DNA from: Phoronis australis
Taxonomy: Eukaryota > Animalia > Phoronida
Direction of reading: 5' to 3'
Assembly (NCBI GenBank): GCA_002633005.1
Contig: NMRA01000826.1
Coordinates: 62,001 to 126,000, forward strand
DNA: 64,000 nt
In this document: piece after piece, positions 14,301 to 25,988 of the stretch
How the letters are laid out: each line of letters starts with the position of its first letter
Numbering within the stretch: position 1 is the stretch's first letter
Position numbers and translations under genes: made by a program
Notes under the pieces: model-generated
The model's database searches: none
What the model was told of the DNA's origin: nothing
What the model saw: only the letters and a program-made list of their open reading frames with translations

Positions 14301-17300
14301 CTATCCACATCTACGTGGTCAAAACTTATTTTTTTTTGAACTCCTGATTTGCTTGTTGACTTTTTGCGTGATGTGTTTTTGCTTTTTACATGCGTTTTTG
14401 CTTCATTATTTTCGCAGCCGACTGACCACCCCTATTGCCTAACAGTAGTACCGTCTGATTGTTGATCACGTGCTTTGAACAAATTCTGGGAGGTCGGTAT
14501 TGGCTGTTCAACACAGAAAGAAGTATACAATGCATATAAAATGTAACATTGTTCAAACTAGGTTCAAAGTATTTAGAAGAAAGACCGGCTGTCAATCATT
14601 AGCACGTGTGGTTGCCAAAGTAATTATCAGCAGCATATCTTTACAAAATCACCTGCTTCCAGAGCAGTACATGATGATCTCGCGTAGTCTTGCGTGATTT
14701 CGCTTTTCTCAAGAAACGTGCCCTACTGAAGGCACGTCTATCTGTAAGAATACCTCAGTTCCATGACATGACGAGCAGCGACCGAAGTACGTAAAAACCC
14801 AATTATGCTCGGGATCACAGCGCCACTGTATCCTGTGCGCTATTCCACTTCAGCCCGTCGAAGTCCATTACTTCAATCTGCCGACGTATATTTCAACTAA
14901 CGTGCTTGAAGTCCGGTATCAGTGTACCTCCGTGAGGGTAAAATCGGTCTTTTTTGCAGTAAGCACCCACTCCCGACTTTTCAAAAATGTCAATTTTGAC
15001 CGCCCATGCTTGGCTTACCGCCCATGCTTGGCTTACCGCCCACCCTGTTTTTTAGATTCCCACTTTAAGCGCCCTGGGCGATAACCCGAACGAGTGCGGT
15101 ATGTTCTTTAGTTTAACTTTTTGTGTTGGAAGGTTGATTGCATTAAATTCTAATATTTGTTTGACACTTGCCTGCCATACTGTGTCACAAGCAGAACCTG
15201 CGTTTTGGTTTTGCAAGTTTATTTCACCGAGACCTCTGTTGTCCTATTTACACTGTTAATGTATCTTGTAGGGACGATGACATGGACGGAGAGTGGGAAC
15301 CAGCCAAGATCTGTGAGTATTTTATTGGTGTTCTTGGGTTTGCTATGTTTTGAAAATCAAATATTTGTATGTGTACTTGTTGGCAGCATGGATACTACTG
15401 ATATGCTTCTGAAAGTCATGGAAATATTGAGGTATCTTGTATTAAAATACCTGTCCTTGATTTATGTGGCTCAAGACTGAATGCTATATGGTAATGCTAT
15501 ATGGTAATGATATATGGTAATGATATGTGGTGGTAATGCTATATGGTAATGCTATATGGTAATGATATGTGGTGGTAATGCTATATGGTAATGCTATATG
15601 GTAATGCTATTTTGTACTGTGTTTCAGCCAACCCCAAGTGTGAAGCTGCTCCTGGGTGTGGCGAATGGACACGACCTCAGATTAAGAACCCCCTGTACAA
15701 GGGCAAGTGGCGTCCACCTATGATTGCCAATCCCAACTACAAGGGTACATGGAAACCAAAATTGATCGCCAACCCAGACTTCTTCGAGGACAAGACACCA
15801 TACAAAATGACTCCCTTTGTAAGTAGTCCATTTTTAATACAAAACAAATTTTCCCTGTATTGTGTACTAGTCTGGTTATTGACTTCCTCCAGCACACCTA
15901 TCTTCTTTCGTTACAATCAGTAGCTATAGTTACTGGGTATCAGATTTTTACTTGTTACATTAGTTCTACTTATAGAACCTTGTTAACACTCATTTTTCTG
16001 CATTCCTTGAGAATGAGGCCTGCTTAATTCTAAGTTAGAGAACTGTTTCAGTGGTTAAATGGAAGTGCATGTGAAGTCAGAGGCGACAACATTTGCTCAT
16101 TTGCATATTGTCCATTAATTTTCAAATTAAATTGGCCAAAGTTTGACAGAGAACTTTGTCAGACTCTGCCAATCTTGCACGAACTTGTTGTTATAGTTAT
16201 TTGGCAATTTACTCAAATCTGTCGTAATAAAATAGTGTTTTTGTTGAAATTTAGTCAGATATTAATGACAGAATATTTCGTGTAGCCACTAATTGTTATT
16301 TGTGAGTTGACCTGCAAAGTTGAGTAATTTTGACAATCTGCATGGAGTGACACCTGTTGAGATTTTGTGGAGATTTAGCGAGAATTGGAGTGGGTTGTAT
16401 TGAAAACGAAATGGAGTCATGGTTTTGTGTATGAATTTAGACATTGTCCAGTGTACTTTGGCTCAATTGGTATTTTATTTTTTAATGAATGTTACATAGC
16501 AGCCTAGATTTTATAGGATTTCAAAAATGAAAATCGTGAAAGTTATAGATGATTTATTTGCTCCCCTGTCAGGTGGCTATTGGTCTTGAACTGTGGTCCA
16601 TGTCTGACAACATCCTCTTCGACAACTTCATCATCACTGATGACAAGGCAGTTGCAGACAGTTGGGCTGGTAAAACATGGCTACTCAAGAATCGCTACGA
16701 GACGGCTAAGGCTGCATCCAGTGGCAAGGTACATTTGACCTCGTAGTAACTGCTGTGTAACTTGTTTTGATCATGTATTCAACAAGGTGGTCACAATTTA
16801 AATAAGAATTTCCTGCCCAGTGTCGCTGTGGTAGATCTAATGTCCCAGGCAGTGCACAGTTTGTGTGATGGATGTGAATCCAGGCTTTGGTGAAATTGTA
16901 CCTGGCTGATAGCACTGTCTCCAGCAGAAATTGTTTCATTCGAACTTGGACTGGTTCCGTTTTCATACGTGCACATGACTTTGTATAAATATGTGTGCAT
17001 ATTGCTATCTTGACGTTCTACATATTGGTCGTAATTGACTATCACCCTGCAGTATCGAGATCCATTTTTAACTACAGTGAGGGGGGCAAGTTTATCGAAC
17101 TTAATACTAAAATCAACAGCATGCACACAAGTTGTGTTACCATTTTCTTTGTTTTCAAATGTTAGCAATGCCATCCTCACTTAATGATGATCACGAAGAC
17201 ACTCACCAGGTGGTGCTAATGTGTGATGTATACACTGTAACAGTAAAGCATAACAGTTGTGACAGGTGTGCATGTTTTATGAGGAAAACAGTGAACCTTT

Positions 17301-20300
17301 CATGTAACACTTCACTAAATTAAATGCAATAAGTAACCAAGAAAGTTTATTTTTAAAAGTTGTTTTAATTTAACTGGCGTTAATTGAACTTGATGATTAA
17401 TATATCACGAATTAGTATGAGCGCCTAACACAATGTGTGAAACTTATTTCAACTCAACTTCGGCATGTGTGAAGTGTGGGTCACCAAATAACAGTGGGCA
17501 GTGTCACTTTCGACCTGTCGCACTTCAGCTTTCTTTGTCAAGATTGCTCATGAGCCAAAATAAAAATTTCTTCAATTTTAAATACAAACCATTATCGTAT
17601 ACACCATTGGTATAGTATTGGTCAGTGAACACAAACCATTATCGTATACAACATTGGTATAGTATTTGTCAGTGAATACAAGTAGTTAAAGTAAACTTAC
17701 CTAGCTGCAGCACTATCAGCATCAATGCTTGACCTCATTTCTCTTGTCATTCAGTAAACCATTCCTCCAGAATTCAGTGATTTTGTGTCATCAAAGTGCT
17801 TCCCAAGAACTAAACCTACGAGTTAAGTCCAAACTGCTTGAAGAATTATAAAGCCAGTCTTACACAAAACAGTTTTGTTCAGTGTTGGTTAGTGATGCTA
17901 TTTTATTCCAATTCAAAAATGTTGAATAATTTGTTTGCAAGACCACGTATGGCCCATAGGGTTGACTTGTGTCATTCAACTTGTGTGCATGATTGTGATT
18001 GTGATTATGCTGCAAAATGGGACTGCTGCAAAGTCCTTATTTTTGTATACTTAGGTTCAACAATTTTTTGGTATTCATTTAATTTTGGTCATAGAAATGA
18101 GTATTTTAAATTGAACCCTATGTCGACCTGAAACAAGCGCATGATTTCTCTGTCCATCAACTATCTTGTTGTCTAATTTTATGTACTTTCATTGTCATAT
18201 GAGTTGTTTGACAACAATCTGATTGTTTTCCAGCTGAATTTTTTCCAAAAACTGTATCACTGGACTAAAGAGAAGCCTTGGATGTGGGCTGTCATAATAC
18301 TGGCTATTGTGCTTCCCACTCTGCTCTTTATTGCGTTTTGCTGCATCAAAACGCCACATGGTAGAATCAAGGTAGTGCAGTGTTGTCATTATGCATGCTC
18401 ATCCCGGCCAGGTGACCTTCATGTCATCTGGAGAAGCTGGTGCTGGATAAATCCCTGCAATTTTCAAGGATGTGGTTGACACAGCTTTATGAACAATTGA
18501 GTAGTGTTCTTAGTGTCAACCTGCCCCTGTGTGTACAAATATTCAACAGAATTGTGTGAAGGTCACCGGGCCATACATGTCTTATTTCTGTTCACTTTGT
18601 TGTTGTTGCAAGCTAACGTTTGTCTTCATCAGGGTGGTATCAGTGGGTTCTTCAGCATGCTGCTAGACGCTGCCAATGACCGCCCGTGGCTGTATGCCAT
18701 CTACCTCGTCGTTGTACTCCTCCCTGTTGTCGTCCTCTCCATTTTTCTATGTCCGTCCAAGCCACAGATTCCAGAGGTAGACAGTTTTCTGTTAACATGA
18801 ATGTCTTTCAGCTATGCAGGATGTGATACGTGAGCTTTAGCCAAGTTTGAAGCAGTATGCAGTGTTGACTTACTCTATGTGTTAGTCCTGCCTGATAGGT
18901 TTACAGTGACACTTAAACATGTACTTGCATGCTTCTAACTATGCTAATGTACAGCAGGAACTAAACGACAATGCTATTTGAACAACTGTGCTAAATAAAG
19001 AGCAGTTGTATTCACTTGTAAATGTGAAAACAAAAAACTCTGCAAATAGGTGACCTTTGCACTTATGGGGCTCACATAGCCCGCATCATGCAGTGTTATT
19101 CCCCAACACCACGTCGCGATACTTATTGGATACAGTTGTGTGATTTACAGCGGATCATTATCGACACAAAACTCATTCTTAAAAACATTTGGCAATTTTC
19201 AACCTACTTCATATTCTCATCATCGCTATATGTTGTGTGTCTAACTAATTTGACCGAGCAAACACAGAGATATGGAATTAGTGTGCTAGTTCAACTTTAA
19301 CTTGTTACCATGTTTATGTACAGCCCACATGTACAGTGTAGTAGAACTCCAGTTAGGGAAAAATTAATAACTTTGCCCTAGACCAGAGCTTGTACTAAAT
19401 TTTAGAAATAGGCACTACTGACTGTCCCAAATTCAAGAGTCACCAGAAATACTTAAAAATTAACTGCTAAGTATGTTTTGTCGGACTGTCTTGATACAAA
19501 ACCCTATGTCTGAAATTTGAGAAATGTAACGACTGCGACAATCGCCCATCTTCAGAATCAAGGAAATTCAATCTCTGCCGGAACATTGGTGTCCCAAATT
19601 TTAGAAACTTTCCCAAATTGGAAAATTTGCACCAGTAATCAGTATCGTCTGTTACTCCTCGTAATTACTAGTGGAATTCTCCATCACAACTTTTGAGCGC
19701 AAACAGAATTCACGGTCATCGTTACCATCTTGGCGGGGAGCGACTGTTGAATTTTACTAGAGTTAAGATCTAATCAAGTGTAAACAAACATTGTGGCAGA
19801 TACAGCAAGGTGCAAACAAAGAAATACGATGCATACTTAAGTTGATCACACATGGTCACACTGCTACATGCTTGAGTGACCAGTTGTGCTTCAAAATTGT
19901 ATTGGGTGGCGTAGTTGAATATTAAGGTCTTCCTTTGGCTATGAAATGCACTGGCAGTTGTGTTAACATATGCATGTGTACATTATTCTTATGTGAATCT
20001 TGACGACAAACAATTCTATGCATGAAACTGTCATATAATCTAGGACTCCCTATCATTCACTGCTGTATGTATCCTGTGTCACAGTGACTATATGCTTTGT
20101 CATAGTGACTGTATCCCATATCACAGTGTCTGTATCCTGTGTCACACAGTCCCATACTCCTTAACATTCACTGCTGTATATATCCAGTGTCACAGTGTCT
20201 ATACCTGTCACGGTGACTATGTGCTGTGTCACACAGTCCCATACTCCTTAACATTCACTGCTGTATATATCTAGTGTCACAGTGTCTATACCTGTCACAG

Positions 20301-23300
20301 TGACTATGTGCTGTGTCACAGTGACTATATCCTGTGTCACACAGTCCCATACTCCTTAACATTCACTGCTGTATATATCCAGTGTCATAGCATCTATATC
20401 CTGTCACAATGACTATGTGCTGTGTCACAGTGTCTATATCCTGTGTCACACAGTCTCATACTCCTTAACATTCACTGCTGTATTGATCCTGTGTCGCAGT
20501 GTTGATATGCTGTGTCACTCTACACATACAGCTACATTAACTGTCCTTCTTCACAGCAGCTCGTGGCTAATGTTCGTGAGTCTGTGTTTGGACGGGGACA
20601 ACATATCCTTGTTAAGATAGTGGTTGTAAACTTAGTTGGATTACCATTATAATTTATTACAATATTCTGAATCTCGGTAACATTTTACAAGAACACCACG
20701 GTATGTTGTCTTGATCGTTTTAGCTATTGAGCTGAGCTGTGTAACCAATTGTATATTATTACACAATGTTAGGTTGCCTATTGCATGATGAACTCGCCAC
20801 GAACTTATTGTCTAGACATCTTCTTGTCCTAATCTCCCTGGATATCATTATCTCGTGTTTCTTAACCAATGCACACAATTTTTGTCAGGCTGAAGATGAT
20901 GCAGGTGAACGAAAGAAGACTGATGAAGCAACGGCAGACGATGCAATAGACGAAGAGGAGGAGGAGCCTGAACAAGAAAGTGATGAGGTAGCAGCGGGGG
21001 CGGGTGATGCGCCGGAGGTGGAACAAACCAAGAAGAAAGGCAAGAGTGCCTTAGATGCAGAGGTGAGTTAAGTGTCAGGCAGTGGCTTTATAAAGAGATG
21101 AGTCATTGGGAGGGGTGGGTGGATTGGTTTGTAGGGGAAGTGTGTAGGTTAAACGGACAGATGAGTTGCTGGGACAGGTTGGTTTGTAGGGGAAGTGTGT
21201 AGGTTAAACGGACAGATGAGTTGCTGGGACAGGTTGGTTTGTAGGGGAAGTGTGTAGGTTAAACGGACAGATGAGTTGCTGGGACAGGTTGGTTTGTAGG
21301 GGAAGTGTGTAGGTTAAACGGACAGATGAGTTGCTGGGACAGGTTGGGTGAAAGCGTGAGCAATTTGTGATTCGATGTTGTGCAAGGTCATAGCAGTGCT
21401 TTGTTGTATAACCTGCCGTGTGCACTACTTATTGTATTTGTTGTATAACCTGCTGTGTGCACTACTTACTGTATTTGTTGTATAACCTGACGTGTGCACT
21501 ACTTATTGTATTATTGCTCACTTGTACCCATCTCCAATACTGATTTAAATACTGAAAGCGATGCCACCAAAAGTGTGCCATTGCACTTAATCAATGCAAA
21601 CTGTTGGTCTAAACAACTCATTCCTTACTTATATAGATGAGATGTGATTTCTGAGTTAAGATTTGACATCTTGTTATTCATGGAGATCATGCTGGGCGTA
21701 TCAGATTACAAGCCAATATGTAGAGCCTGATCTCAAGTAATAACGAAATGTCATTTCTAAGGAGGTCTAAAATAACCTTCAATTTACTAAGGAACAATAT
21801 GAGACCAATATCACAATGATAAGCAGGGACTCATCTAGCGACCGTCATTGGATGCCACGGCAATGATGGCATGGCCAAGACAGAAAAGACGGCAAGACAA
21901 CCTTGGCGAAAATGACAGCTAAATGAAGAATTTTAGCATTTATGATCAATAAATTTTATTGAAACTCACAATCCATTGTTTTTAGTTTGATAAATATTCA
22001 GAAATAACTCGACATTAGAGACTATTGCTGTCTATTTCTACTATAAATGTCACAATGACTCGGCAAATACTGGCAGCCATGTTTTTTGGGGAATACCTTC
22101 CTGTTGTTTGTGATGTCAGGGTGACCTTATATGGAATTTCCAGCATGGCGAGTGGAGAAATATTGTATCCAGCGCTAACTAACCGTACATGGAACTTAAT
22201 GTTTGCCGTACCCCTAATGCTCGTTGCCGAAATAGGAGAACCTTTATGATGAAAAAAATGATACCTGTCGACTGACCTGCCGTACAAATGCCACGAGTGT
22301 CGTTGAACATGCAAACCAGATAAAACTGAGCGCCAACTTCCCTAATTTGTTTGCACTGTTCCGTTGCAACTCGAACGAATAGATGAAAAAATTAATACAA
22401 AATCTGCTCATGCCGAACGACATATATTGATGTGCGAGAACACAGTGCAAACTTGACAGTCACGAAAAAATGAAATGTTTCATCTAATGTTGGTTACCTG
22501 TCCAATGACTAACTTAGCATGTAAGTAAAAGCCTTGATTTGAAATACTTTTTGTGAAATTCCACGATTATTGGGCGATTCGAGTTTGCTCTGTGTGTGGC
22601 ACTGCTGTATATGGAAAACGGTCACCCAGTCACATTCACAACACCTGTTACTTCGGCTGTGAAGCAGGCCGCGATTTGGGTCTTAAAACTGCAAGAAAAT
22701 AATGGTTCTTTTTAGGAATATATTTGTTGTAGCATAGTATGAAAAAGTGGTTGATTTTGGGCCTGGTAAGTGTCAACAAAGCATCCATTTACAATCCACT
22801 GCAGAAGACGCTAAAAACCACAATGTCCCCGGCAACCACTGGCGGCACTTGTAGCCAAACTCTAGGCGACTCCAAATTTTGCGATTAAAACACTCGGAAA
22901 AACGATTGGAAAACGTCAAAATATGAGCACCTAATTCAAACACAGTTCTGACATGTTTTTTTTTTGTCATCATCTTACACGAGGCCAAGTCTGGGTACCG
23001 AAGCGCAGGTGTAAATATGCCGTCACTCCTATTTTCGAGCGGAGATTTTTGCTTGTGTTGAGTGCCGGTGGGCCTGAGTTGTGAATTTCTTGAGGATATG
23101 TGTCCACATTTTCACAAATTTAATTTGGACCCCAACTTTTCAAATCGTAGATGAGTGCCTGATGATAAGTGAACTAAATCAAAGGTGGATTTTTATAACA
23201 ACAAACACTTAAAGTTCTTGTTCATGTTTACAAATGATCAATTAATTAGTTAATTGATGTTGATTGATTTTAAGGAGGAAGAAGAGGAGAATGAAGGTGA

Positions 23301-23367
23301 AGGAGAGATTGACGAGGAGGTCACACGGAGGTCATCACCAAGGAAGAGGAAACAAAGGAAGGATTAG
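2199..23367 (+). CDS. CANX: Calnexin gene (5'-partial; 15 coding exons in window, including two alternative TM exons)
   Basis: GT-AG exons join in phase. They encode calnexin motifs: [30 protein letters not shown]-domain repeats ([17 protein letters not shown]), IGLELWSM, a TM segment and an acidic tail ending [10 protein letters not shown]. Signal-peptide exon(s) were not found in the window. Confidence 0.97.
3005..3081 (+). CDS. CANX: Calnexin exon [26 protein letters not shown]
   Basis: ttcag| acceptor, |gtaagt donor; phase 0-2. Confidence 0.95.
4361..4778. repeat. 59-bp tandem repeat x7 with palindromic core
   Basis: Period 59 (4361, 4420, ...); each unit contains ACATAATTATGT. Confidence 0.95.
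5496..5577 (+). CDS. CANX: Calnexin exon [27 protein letters not shown]
   Basis: tgcag| acceptor, |gtatgt donor; calreticulin/calnexin family CGGxYVKL signature. Confidence 0.96.
6856..6972 (+). CDS. CANX: Calnexin exon [39 protein letters not shown]
   Basis: tccag| acceptor, |gtaaaa donor; IMFGPDKCG signature. Confidence 0.96.
7178..7455. repeat. Degenerate ~39-bp tandem repeat
   Basis: Recurring gcctacatgtgaagctatgcctatatctgaagtgagg-like units. Confidence 0.7.
7851..8005 (+). CDS. CANX: Calnexin exon EKHAKPP...[32 protein letters not shown]
   Basis: gacag| acceptor, |gtaggc donor; phase 0-2. Confidence 0.95.
8404..8743. repeat. 13/15-bp minisatellite (cctggtcacagtgta)
   Basis: More than 20 near-perfect units; source of the spurious ORFs at 8285-8914. 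Confidence 0.97.
9051..10322. mobile_element. PIF/Harbinger-type MITE
   Basis: TIR GGGCTGTTCCAGCAAAATC.GTATGGG at both ends; TAA target duplication. Confidence 0.88.
10322..10775. mobile_element. Foldback-like MITE with long inverted arms (related fragment near 52890-53150)
   Basis: ctaaagttatgcttctta...tgtctttat pairs with ataaagacac...aagaagcgtatttttag; internal aggtacattcatagcaaaataa is inverted near 10673-10695. Confidence 0.7.
10915..10989 (+). CDS. CANX: Calnexin exon [24 protein letters not shown] (P-domain)
   Basis: tccag| acceptor, |gtatgc donor; type-1 P repeat. Confidence 0.95.
11483..11518 (+). CDS. CANX: Calnexin 36-nt exon [11 protein letters not shown]
   Basis: tgcag| acceptor, |gtaggt donor; phase 2-2 P repeat. 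Confidence 0.93.
11995..12268. repeat. Dispersed satellite-like repeat, near-identical to 20330-20600; its tail also occurs at 7068-7140
   Basis: Shared catactccttaacattcactgctg units and terminal cacagcagctcgtggctaatgttcgtgagtctgtgtttggacgggg. Confidence 0.85.
12527..13081. mobile_element. PIF/Harbinger-type MITE (second subfamily)
   Basis: GGGCTGTTCCAG...CTGGAACAGCCC termini; TTA duplication. Confidence 0.9.
13409..13522 (+). CDS. CANX: Calnexin exon [37 protein letters not shown]
   Basis: ttcag| acceptor, |gttagt donor; P repeats. Confidence 0.95.
13611..15099. mobile_element. Non-autonomous Tc1/pogo-like DNA transposon
   Basis: Imperfect TIRs CCGTACTCGTCCGGATTA / TAACCCGAACGAGTGCGG, TA on the right flank, subterminal cgcccatgcttggctta repeats. 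Confidence 0.7.
15272..15312 (+). CDS. CANX: Calnexin exon [13 protein letters not shown]
   Basis: tgtag| acceptor, |gtgagt donor; P-domain tip. Confidence 0.94.
15481..15611. repeat. 13-bp minisatellite (atgctatatggta) abutting a splice acceptor
   Basis: About 9 units. Confidence 0.9.
15628..15818 (+). CDS. CANX: Calnexin exon [13 protein letters not shown]...[16 protein letters not shown]
   Basis: ttcag| acceptor, |gtaagt donor; type-2 P repeats. Confidence 0.96.
16573..16728 (+). CDS. CANX: Calnexin exon [22 protein letters not shown]...AASSGK
   Basis: gtcag| acceptor, |gtacat donor; phase 0-0. Confidence 0.95.
18234..18371 (+). CDS. CANX: Calnexin transmembrane exon A ([46 protein letters not shown])
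   Basis: tttccag| acceptor, AAG|gtagtg donor; 138 nt, phase 0-0; PWxW-TM-FCC pattern of the calnexin TM segment. Confidence 0.85.
18633..18776 (+). CDS. CANX: Calnexin transmembrane exon B ([48 protein letters not shown])
   Basis: gctaac branch point, catcag| acceptor, GAG|gtagac donor; 144 nt, phase 0-0; AA.(D/E)RPWL-TM pattern. Confidence 0.92.
20050..20600. repeat. Tandem/dispersed repeat (same family as 11995-12268)
   Basis: Repeated tgtgtcacacagtcccatactccttaacattcactgctg units. Confidence 0.88.
20889..21062 (+). CDS. CANX: Calnexin acidic cytosolic-tail exon ([12 protein letters not shown]...DAE)
   Basis: gtcag| acceptor, |gtgagt donor; KKTD motif. Confidence 0.93.
21124..21347. repeat. 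55-bp tandem repeat x4
   Basis: Identical ttggtttgtaggggaagtgtgtaggttaaacggacagatgagttgctgggacagg units. Confidence 0.95.
21401..21512. repeat. 37-bp tandem repeat x3
   Basis: ttgttgtataacctgccgtgtgcactacttattgtat units. Confidence 0.9.
21824..23161. mobile_element. hAT-family non-autonomous element
   Basis: TIR CAGG(G/C)ACTCATCTA; perfect 8-bp TSD ATGATAAG on both flanks. Confidence 0.92.
23275..23367 (+). CDS. CANX: Calnexin last coding exon [30 protein letters not shown]
   Basis: ttttaag| acceptor; SPR site and basic ER-retention tail as in vertebrate RSPRNRKPRRE; TAG at 23365-23367. Confidence 0.92.
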   Translation, partial: EEEEENEGEGEIDEEVTRRSSPRKRKQRKD

Positions 23368-24786
23368 GTTGTTGTGCTGTCGTCCAGTTGGAAACCACCT
23401 GCAGGAGCTATTAAATTCTATAAGCAATCTGACGAGCATACTTTAGTCATAACATTGAATAATTGTGTTACAGGTATCATAAAAAACAAGCCTTGTCATA
23501 GGACTTACACTCATACTTGTTGTTAAGTTTATTTGTTGCAATGTTTATGTTAAACATTTATCTCTGTCAGTGGTGTGTACATAATGTCCAATCCAACAGT
23601 TTTGTACAGTACAGCACTGCTATGTATATCTGGTGTTACACGATCTATGGTCATCTTTTACTGCTTTAATGATGTTATTTGTGACCATTAACGAGTATCA
23701 GGTTAGATAATTTGTATTTTTTTGTAACAACTGTTAGTGTGGAGGTTGTTTGCTCGATTCTCCTGGACAAGTGAACGTAAATGTGTGAGAAATAACTTCA
23801 CAACAGGTATGACTTGTTGGGAGTGCTACACTTAGTACTTGTGCTAGTTGAATGTGCTTCACTTTCTTACCACATACTCACATTCGATCCAAACATTCAG
23901 TTAGACTACATGACCTTCAACTCTTCTAAACTATTGTGTAACACTTAGGTCAGCCTCTAGGCTTATATTAATAAAACTAAAAAAACATTTGTAGTTAACC
24001 AGACGTTGTGGAAGGTGTGTGGGTGGTTGATATATGTGTTGGTCTTGCACCAGTAGTTTAGTCAAAGCTTTAATTTTGAACATTTCAAATTTGGTCACTG
24101 GTAAACAGGTAGTGCATGCGGTTGTTGACTTGTGCGAGTTTACGTGTACTGGCTAGCAGTAGTACACAGCAGACACTGCCAGTGGACCACTCAGCCAGGA
24201 TAAACAGGACTAAGGAAATTGTTTCTAGTCAGTGTTTTGTTTCTGTAAGTAAGAATTGAGTGCAGTCGGCAGAAGTGATATGGCTAAACCACTTCATTGC
24301 TCTGGAGTGTGTTGTGATGGTAAATGCCACTTCCTTCAGAGTTGCACACGCTCATATCACAGCTTACTGCTGTATTTTGGTTTCCGTCTGTGCACAACTC
24401 CTGGGTTTATTAATATCCGGAATAGTTTCAGTTATGTTGCTCTATTAATCCTTCATTTTCTTGTAGGATTTTAGTTGGACAGGAAGATTTTGGAGGCAAG
24501 TCACTGATTTTCTTAGGCAAGCAAAATTGTGTAATTGAAAATCATAATTTTGATTGATGTAGAGCAAACGTTTAGTAATGTTGGTACCTTGCTCATTTGT
24601 GCAACACGGTTTGGGCTGTCCATGAGCTGTTGATTGGTCTAGTTAGCAAGTTAGATACTACACTGTATATTTGTACATTGTGTTATTGATTTTTATTAGA
24701 TTAACACAGGGAACCCATCAGTTTTTATCTGATTTTGATCATTGTTGTATATTTCAGTTCCTTTACAAGTTGTGTATTTCAATCAT

Positions 24787-24792
24787 AATAAA
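24787..24792 (+). terminator. Candidate calnexin polyadenylation signal (alternatives at 23970, 25431, 25603)
   Basis: AATAAA followed by GT/T-rich sequence. Confidence 0.35.
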
Positions 24793-25988
24793 TGTTACCT
24801 GTTTATGTTTCTGTCCTTTGCTGCTCTGGTTGCAGGGCCATTCACTGAATGCCTCTGAAGGATGATTTAGAATGCAAGCAAGTGTGAAAACAGATTTTTT
24901 GCTCTTTTCCACAGGAAGAGCGAGAGTGAAATATTTCAATACATATTTTGTTTGTGTACTTTTCCATGGTGGTATGAATATAGTGTACTATTATTCCATC
25001 ACTGATCTGGTTACAGAAACTTTCAATATACCAAAGTATATTCTATGGTCATTTTGATACCAGTCATCTGCTGCTACCAACGTTTTATTGTTGCATTGTG
25101 ACCTGATGTATAATAACTGACCAGCCTAATCTTTCTGGAACTGAGGTCGATCATACCATGCATTTTTCTTCCCCAACAAAAACAAAAATATCAAAATTGA
25201 CTGCATAACGAAATTGTAAGCCTCCATTTGCTTCAGTGTCTGAAAAAATGAAAGTCCAACCTGGAGCACTGATCCCACCAAAATAAGGCTCACAACTTGA
25301 CAATTATAGAACTTCATTTCTGTTGAACATGAATAATGCCAAGAGCATCTACAAACCAGAAACATTTCAGAACATCACCAGGCTAACCTAAAAAATTAAA
25401 ATTGACTGCATTCACCGAGTGGAGCAAATGAATAAAGGTTTTCTATTAAAATGCATGAAGTAGATCAACAGTAAACGTTTATCAGCATTGTATTGTTGAG
25501 GACTACATGTGATTACCTTTTCAACAACCTATTGAAGTGTTCAGCCAATCACAACTTGGTTGTTAATTTTTCAGTCTAACCTTTGTTTCCACTTTTTTTT
25601 GTAATAAAACTGAAACATTGAAAATTCTACCTGTAATTGTGGACCAGTAGATGACGTATGCTGTAGTTTTCTTTTGTTTCTCTATTTATAACAGAATTGT
25701 TCAGTTACATTTCTTGCGTATTTCTATCAAGAAAGTGCAATGTCGCAGCATCAAAAGCCTTAGTCTCCAATACCTCATGTGCCCAAGGTTGATTTTATAT
25801 TGTTAGTTGGTAGGGCGTGATTAACCATGATTTTATCTAATCACAAACAGTGGCAAACAACTCTGGCCTAATTTACAAAAGCTTTACAACCTAAAATTTC
25901 GAGAAGATGACCTTTGTTGTGTTTTTCAGCAAGCAAAAGTAATTTAGTGAAGTCTTACATTTTTAAAAATCGGTGAGCCATAAACTTA

